From NCBI GenBank assembly GCA_001244265.2, contig CDLV01000008.1, positions 992,001-1,056,000 on the forward strand: a stretch of DNA of 64,000 nucleotides, given 5' to 3'. Below, piece after piece: positions 57,019 through 64,000 of the stretch (the stretch's first letter is position 1; every line of letters begins with the position of its first letter). Source of the DNA: Microbotryum violaceum. Its lineage: Eukaryota. Under the pieces are notes generated by a model. That model was not told the origin of the DNA and ran no database searches. It saw only the letters and a program-made list of their open reading frames with translations. Both the position numbers and the translations under genes were made by a program.

Positions 57019-57873
57019 ATGCTTCAGCCACGGATACGTACCTTCCTACCATTCCGCCAGCCACCTTCTCGTCTACCCCGTCACGGCCGCCCCTATTCCT
57101 CCACCTCCACCTCCACCTCCACTTCCTCCACCTCTTCGATCCCCCCACCTCCTCCTCGTCCAAACCGCTTCAGCGCCTACCTCACCCAACTACGCCTCCA
57201 ACACCCTCACCTAGACCCCGCTTCCCTAATCGCCTCCTTCCTGATCCTGCACGAACTCACCGCCATCGTGCCTCTGCTCCTCGGCTTCTGGGGATTCAAA
57301 TCCCTTGGATTGGGTCGGGCTCTAGTCGAAGAAGTTCAGCATATCACGGTTGCTTCGACGCCGGAACGGGAGCAAGGCTATTTCAAGGCCAAGTTGGGGG
57401 ATTGGTTATTACAGGGGGAAGAACAGGCGAAGAGGTTGGGAACGAGGTATGGGTGGTTCGGGATGGAGAAATTGGACAAGGAGCAGAGGGCAGAGCTCAG
57501 CAGGAGCGAGCAAACCGAGAGGGACGGACATCAAGATCAGGGTCGAATGAGGATGATCAAGACGACTGCGAAATCAGGAACGAAGGACTTGACTTTGTCC
57601 GGCGATGTGGCCAACCTCGTTGCGAGTTATGTCGTCGTAAAAGTAAGCTTCGTCGTGAGCGGCAGAATCTTCGCCGCCTCGAGCACCGATCACTGATCAC
57701 AACTGGCACTTCAACGTCTTCAGGCCCTCTTACCTCTTCGGATCTACGCGTCTCTCCGACTCGCACCTAAGATGGCCAACACGGTCATGCAGAGATTTCA
57801 CCGACTACGCGCAATGGGCAAACGGTACCTGAGCAAGCAGAACAGCGCGGTCGGAGGACCCGGCGCACGTTGA
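57019..57873 (+). CDS. MRX11: Mitochondrial FLILHELTA-family protein (Mrx11-like), 2 exons
   Basis: Arg/Ser-rich presequence MLQPRIRTFLPFRQ..., signature SFLILHELTAIVPL, ASYVVVK|ALLPLRIYASLRLAP. Confidence 0.85.
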
Positions 57874-58139
57874 TCTGGCCTCGTTCCTTGGACGGAATGG
57901 TGCCATCATAGAGTCCTGGATGTACAATGCGATAATGAATTTACCGTACCAGAACTGCTGCCGATCCACGTAATGCGATCAGGGCTCTTTTCCGTCTCCC
58001 ACGTGTGGATCATGTTCAACCTTTTCCAACACGAAAACCTGCGCGCACATCTATACCGATCACAGTTCGACACTGTACAGACAGACACGATTCTAGCTAC
58101 CAACAACTAAGCACAAAAACATCAATAAGATCCCTTTGT

Positions 58140-59476
58140 TCACCCTCGAACACCCTTAGCCGAAGTCCTTTCGAAAGAAGTCCTAAATCTCGCTTGACCC
58201 ATCCCTACACCCGTCGCTGCCAAACTCGATTCATCAAGCAACCTCTTCTTCCAACGATCGACATCATCCTCACCCAAGAAGAACAGCGATCGGATAGACG
58301 GAAGATTGAGGGTAGGTTTGTAGGAACGCGAGTTGGGGTAGGTGGATTTGTGAGGGGGTGAGAGGCGGTTGGTGGGAGTTATCAAGGGTGGGCAGCCTAG
58401 GAGAGGGGGGAGATGTGGGGAGGGGAGGGGTTTCAGTGGGTAGTCGAGGTGTGGGAGAGTGTTGGGTATGATGTAGCGAGGTGAGGGGAAATGTAAGGGG
58501 GTCGGTGAAGGGGGTGGCGTGAAGTTTGGTGGTGTTTGGGTGTCGAGGGCGGAATAGGGACTGCGGGGCTTCGAGGGGTGACGTACGACCGGAGGATCGG
58601 GACTGGGTAAGAAGAAGGATCGCGATCGACAAGGGCTCAGCGAGACGATCTGAGGGTCCAGAGCTGAGTAATCTTGCCCGCCTCCGCTGCGGATCTCTGG
58701 TTTCATTACTTTCGTTGCTGTACGGGCCCATGTATGCGTAAGCTAGATCCATTCGGCGCCGGACACTGGAGAGATGACCCACCTTTGAGATTCGATTCCG
58801 CGTTCGAGCCTGTCTGCCTCAATCGAGGTGCATCACGACAGTCGGTGTACCCTCGTTGACGGCAACGATCACATGGTCTTCCTTCCGAACACTTTCGCCC
58901 AGCCTTGTTGGGATTGGACGATTGGGTACGGCATTCGTCGGGATTCGGCGTGGCAGAGTACGCGGATAGGAGATCAGTCAGACGCGGAGAACAGAGGCGG
59001 GGTGTGTGTTGTTCCGCTAGCTCGGTGGACGGACCTTCTTGCAACGGATGCAGGCTAATCGAGGATTGACACGCGGGTCAGTGACGAGCAAAGAGTCGCT
59101 ATGGTGCATGACTTCACTCACCCACCGCGATACAGATCCTCTTGGTCCGCTTCGGGGTGTCTCCGACGATGGTCGCACTCGAACTTGACTTGGCTGTGGT
59201 GCTCCGTTGACTTTGAGCGTCAGCCATATGCCTACCCCGTCCGACGTCCCCATACTCGTCATAATCCCCTCCATAATTCCGCGTCGAATACTCCTCATCA
59301 GAGTCAACTTCGACGTATTGGCGTCTCGTAGCGCGCCGATTATAGCGCGCCGGCTTCAGCGATGCCGAGAGCGGAAGCGGGGACTCCTGTGGAGCGGTTG
59401 GGTAGAGCGGATGAGTTTGATCGGGCGGTGTCGAGGTGAATGGCAGCAGAGGCTCCTGAGCACGGAACATTGGCAT
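58140..59476 (-). CDS. Zn(II)2Cys6 binuclear-cluster transcription factor, multi-exon
   Basis: KRTKRICIA|CIRCKK|..RKCSEGRPCDRCRQRGYTDC; last exon joined through GTGGGT...GTACAG (KATKVMKPEIR...LPSIRSL). Confidence 0.75.
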
Positions 59477-60648
59477 CGATGTGAGCGTCTGGACGAGAGT
59501 AGATGCTATTGTGAGTATGATGTGTGGGATAAGAAAGGTCGCAGAGTGCAGTGGCAAGTAAAAGGGTAAAAGCGAGAACCTGGTGAAAGGGCGGCGAGGG
59601 GGGAAGGGGGAAGGGGAACCAAGAAATGCAAGATGAACGAGCGGGGCACAGAAAGGGCGGAGCTTTGAGAGCGCACGCAGCCTCCCAAAACCGCTCACTT
59701 CGGTTCATGTCATTGCGGCCGCCCAGGTCCGAACATCTCGGCATCGTGGTCGATTGCCCACGTTCCACAGCTCAGCTTGGGCAAGGGTACCACATCACTA
59801 CCTCCACATTCTCGACTACGTCATCTCTTGCTTCTGCCACTAGATCACATGGTCGCCTGGGGGCCGAGCTTCTCCATGGTGCGGCGATGCTGACGAAGGG
59901 AGATGCCGTTTTTCGAAGATGCCGAGAATTATTGGAAAGGAGTCCGTTCGGCACGACCGATCGCAATTTTCTCTCCGGGGCTGAGCAGCAATGAGAACTG
60001 ATGGCCATGACGAGGAGCACGGTCGACGTCGCCAGAATCTATTTCATTTGGTAGTGTATTCCGACCCAAACATCGGCAATATCTTGTCCTATCTAGTCGC
60101 TATTGGAATGTGAAACAGAGACCATTAGTCAGATTTGATCGAGCTGACTCAGCTGGCCGAGGATAAGGTCACACCTCCTATTGGGGTGAGCAGGGGCGGA
60201 GAAGACGGTGTCCCATCTGAACATGGTCATGCTACCACGCCTCTCTGCTGAATGGCTGATCCTGAGTCAAGTAAGCGTTTAGTCGCTGATACTCCTTCCT
60301 CGATCTCGAAGGCGGACCCGGGACCGTCTCCGAAGATGTGCCGTGACGGCGGAACCGGAACAGGATCATTTGTAGTGATGTCGAGATAAAAACGTTCGTG
60401 GATTGGGTGAGCTCCATTCCAACTTTTCCATATTCATTCACTTTTAATTCCTGTTGCACCTTGCAGCTTGGCAATTGCCATCTTGGTTCCGGAGAACCGC
60501 CCAGCCCTGGCGAAACTTCGAGGCTGAGCTCCAACAGGCTCCACCTGGCGCTTGGTCGCTCGTCGAGCGTCTCGTGTCGGCCAAGTAATACGACAAGCAG
60601 TCTCCGACTGAACGACGTTTGTGCCGATCTCTATCGATGAACATAAAT

Positions 60649-60911
60649 AATATATAATAAATGGCTTTGGTTTGGGCTTGGGGGCGAATTCCCTCACGAC
60701 ACGGCCCCGCGAAGAAACCGGCGGGGCAGCGCAAGCAAGGGGAGGCAAACCGGGGAGGCGTGCGGGAAAGCAAAACTTTATGGAGTTTCGAGCGAGCAAC
60801 AGGCGATGTTGCGAGCGAGAATAGTTGGTTCTAGCAAGAGGGAGTGATTCACACCGCACTCGCCTTTCGACTCGCTCAGCGCGCCCGTTGGTCGCCTTTG
60901 GCAACCGGCCA
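60649..60911 (-). mobile_element. Fused A+B repeat (non-autonomous or solo derivative of the 33-35 kb element), inverted
   Basis: On the - strand segment A is followed after about 38 nt by segment B, whereas they are about 1.68 kb apart at 33-35 kb. Confidence 0.7.
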
Positions 60912-61042
60912 TGATCCCGGCGGCTGCGCGCACTGATCGTAGATCGCGCATCCTCTCCTTTCCCCTCTCTTCTCGACCTCGACACCGCGTGTCATCCACC
61001 GCCCGTCCTTTGCCGCCACACTCCCGCTGCGGCCAAGCCACG

Positions 61043-61777
61043 ATGCACGCGATGACCCCCTTTGCTGCTGCGACTCCACCTGCTTTCTCCCCACCACCGG
61101 GCGCATCGCCGGCTCCGTTTCGCCCCTCCCCTGCTGTTCGCGCCTCGCTCCCTCTACCACATGCTCCATCAGGCGGCGCACAAGGTGGTGGCACTGCGGC
61201 GACTGCTCCGAATCGATCACACCGAGCACCATCGATCATGTCGACTTCGAGGATGAGCGGTCTGCCTTCTAGCTTTGATGAGCCCGTGCTCGAGGCAAGG
61301 AAGGTCGTCGCATTGTTAAATGGGGTGGAGGGGCAATCGGGCTCGGGAATGCTCGCGAGACTTGAGCAAGAGTGTCAGGTTGTATTTGAGATATATGGGA
61401 GGGCGTATGAAGAGGGTTACGAACCGGATCCAACAGGTAAGCCAAGCCGGTGTGCGATAGGTCAGGATCATTCCGTGAAGCTGGAAGTTGCAGCTCCATA
61501 TCACGATACCTCGAGCTGATTCGCATGGTTCGCATTCACATCGCTAGCACTCCAAAATATGCTATCGACAATGCAACACCTACTTTCGACGCTTCAATCC
61601 TCGGCCGTCGGTGGCTACCCTCTCGCGGCAGCAAGCTCAGCCGATTCGTCGTCGATGACCCCGAGCGCTCTCGCAACGCGGATCGAACAAACTTCGAGTA
61701 CCGTGCGGGACTTGTTCAAGGAGAGGATGAGGGTCAAAGAAGGAGCCGAGATCGTCCGCAACGTCTTGTCGAGCTAA
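61043..61777 (+). CDS. Hypothetical protein with Pro/Ala-rich N-terminus and helical C-terminus, 2 exons; start uncertain (alternative ATG 60911)
   Basis: MHAMTPF...MLARLEQECQVVFEIYGRAYEEGYEPDPT, GTAAGC...TAG intron, ALQNMLSTMQHLLSTLQSSAVGG...LFKERMRVKEGAEIVRNVLSS*. Confidence 0.65.
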
Positions 61778-63121
61778 GAGTACGATGCGATATCGAATAG
61801 CTCTTCAGCAAGCTCGGCCAGCAACGTGGAGGTGAGCGGTCGTCCCTGTCACCTCGGCACCACCCTTGTCCTGCCAGCGCCTTGCCCGTCCCGTATGGCT
61901 ACGTGCTATCGGGGTCAGCCTTAACGAAGCCACGCTACAACTACATTGCCGGGGGCAGGACCCGCTGAGGCCAAGGCCCGATGCTAAATCTCGTTCACGG
62001 CTGTGGACGACTCTGACATCCCGGAGCGGTGATGCTCCGAAATACGCACGAATTACACACTACCGCCCGAACATCACCACTGCATAGCGAAGACAGGCAG
62101 AGCTGAAAGCGCTAGGCTCGACCCCGGGACATCAAACCATCTCGTCTTGTTCTTGGGATTAGGCAGTTGAGTTGATGGGATGATGATCCTCAGTGCAATC
62201 CAACTTCTTGCACCATCGCCGTTCGAGGTTGGACTCGAAGCCGACTGATTATTGCAAAAGGCAACATTGGTGTCGTTGACCCATGATTCGAAATTAGCCG
62301 CGGGCGTGATGTCCCGACATTCGTACGCTTCTCAGAGCTAGCTTCCTCCCGAGAAACGTCGCATGGTCGTTCAACTACCAGGCAGTCAAATTTATTGCGT
62401 GCATCAAGGCGAATCTACGAATCGCCTGTTGCTGTTAATTTCCGAACTCGTGCCCAGACTTTACTAGACCCGCGACTTCTAGTGCCTCCTGTCTTGCGTT
62501 TTCGGGCTAGTCAGACGCCTGGAATGAGACTGTCAGTTGCGTGTGAAACCTGACACCGAGGACTTCCTCTCTCTCCTGTGGCAATGTCGTCATCATCGGC
62601 CGAGTCACCATTGAAAAGACCCACTACAATGTTGCCGGCGCGTGTCGATCCCGCTCGAACCCGCGCTTAAGCTAGATTTAAGTCATACATTCCAGCTTGC
62701 CGCTCAGCGCTCAGTCTCCGTCCCCGGATTGCTACCCCTGTCGTGAGCGGAGGCCCCGACAATATGGGGTAATGTATTGCGCCGCCGCGTGATTCTAGCG
62801 AATGTTTCCTGGACTTGTTCTTCCCTCACCCTCTTTCGTGCCTGAGTCGTCTTCTACCCCGAATCTCCCGCCCACTCCATATCAACGTCTGAATTCGATC
62901 GGTAGGTGGGCAAAGGGGGAACCTTGGGGTCTCTGTTCGTCGATGCCCGAACGGCCGGACGCTCGCTCATCGATCGACCGAAGAGTTTCGCGCCAGGCTC
63001 GGCTTTGCTGAATGAAGCTTGAAGTACGTGTCCGCCAATTGGTGAGGCACGTCCCTACTCCCGAGTCGAACCTTGTTGTCGTTCTTTCAAGCTCTGATGA
63101 CTTGATGGTCCTACCATCATC

Positions 63122-64000
63122 ATGGACATGACCTCATCACGCCCGATCAGCTGCCCCGACCACGTCTCAAGGCATACAGTTGCCTCCACCGCTGCCGCCA
63201 GTACCTCTCGGACCGGTTGGCAGATGCCGTCTCCTAGTTCCTCCGACGGCAGGAACCGCTCGCATCTATCCAAAACACTCCCAAGATGCATCTCCCGCAC
63301 CAGAAACCATAGCAACAGCTTTGACGAGCTGTACGCCATCGGACTAGCGTTGAATGACGACGAAGACGGAATTGCCTACGTTCCCGACGGACCGAGATCC
63401 TCGACGAATTTGGCAACGTTTTGCTCATCGAGCGAAGGCAAGACGGCGTCCGTGAACATCCATGGCAGAGCATTCGGACCGTTGTCGCAGCTTGAAGTGA
63501 GTATTTCTTCTCGTCACCATTCCATGTACCACGCTCAACACTTGACATACGAGGGAGACCATGTGACGAGGATCAGCACTACCGCGAATGCTTGCGTCGA
63601 AGACTTTGCACCGACGATCGACTCGCCGATCAGCCCTAGGACCCTCCTCCCACCTTTATTCGACGACAAGGAAGAAACCACCGTCTCTTCGGGTTCAGGT
63701 GGCACCTTGTTCGGGTCTTGGAACGGTTTCGACGCCGATGTTCTTGCACCTACTGGAGTTGCTCCTCGTGTGACGCTGCCCGTGTCCGCAGCGCCGCCGA
63801 TCTTTGACTATGACGACGATCGTCATCGAAATGAGACCGGGCGAGCCGGGGCTCGCTTGCCTTCATGTGAGATCAATGGGCTTATAACGTAAGTCTACGA
63901 ATGAAGGAGCCCTATACGGACTGAAGGGTACGAGCTGAGCCCGATATCGCCCTGCTCGTGTGGCTCGTGTGTCCTCAGTGTGGAACGTCCGAGCCTGCCT
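63122..64000 (+). CDS. Hypothetical Ser/Thr-rich protein, probably continuing beyond the window
   Basis: 256-codon ATG ORF that stops inside a GTAAGT donor at 63889; no recognisable motif. Confidence 0.45.

Noticed and set aside
62640-62670. GGGTTCGAG T-loop-like motif on the - strand
   Set aside because: No cloverleaf or A box; no tRNA could be supported anywhere in the window.

Overview
Intron-rich (GT-AG introns, CTRAC-type branch points), GC-rich eukaryotic DNA, inferred to come from a basidiomycete fungus (Microbotryomycetes-like; taxon not proven). About 25 spliced protein-coding genes are supported, mostly housekeeping: GOS1, GCD6, an OST-alpha/TMEM184 transporter, an Ncp1-like coiled-coil protein, RAS, PFK, THS1, an arrestin-like protein, KRR1, RPL34, MAP2, an acyl-CoA synthetase, FTR1, an M1 aminopeptidase, NUF2, GAL10, CK2-beta, PEX19, DDX41, MRX11 and a Zn2Cys6 factor. 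Highlights: (1) a ~0.9 kb non-coding, heavily base-paired stretch between RPL34 and MAP2 (26040-26945) with + strand G.U bias, an end-closing helix and an adjacent CCTAACCC, proposed as a candidate large ncRNA, possibly telomerase RNA; (2) a decayed DIRS/Ngaro-like tyrosine-recombinase retroelement (33.1-35.0 kb) whose two ends recur fused and inverted at 60.65-60.91 kb; (3) a spliced 72-aa secreted peptide gene not visible as one ORF; (4) splicing and translation oddities (intron-split ATG, GC-AG in-frame intron, micro-exons, dual-start aaRS). Gene spans include introns. All calls are by eye, with no database search or folding software.
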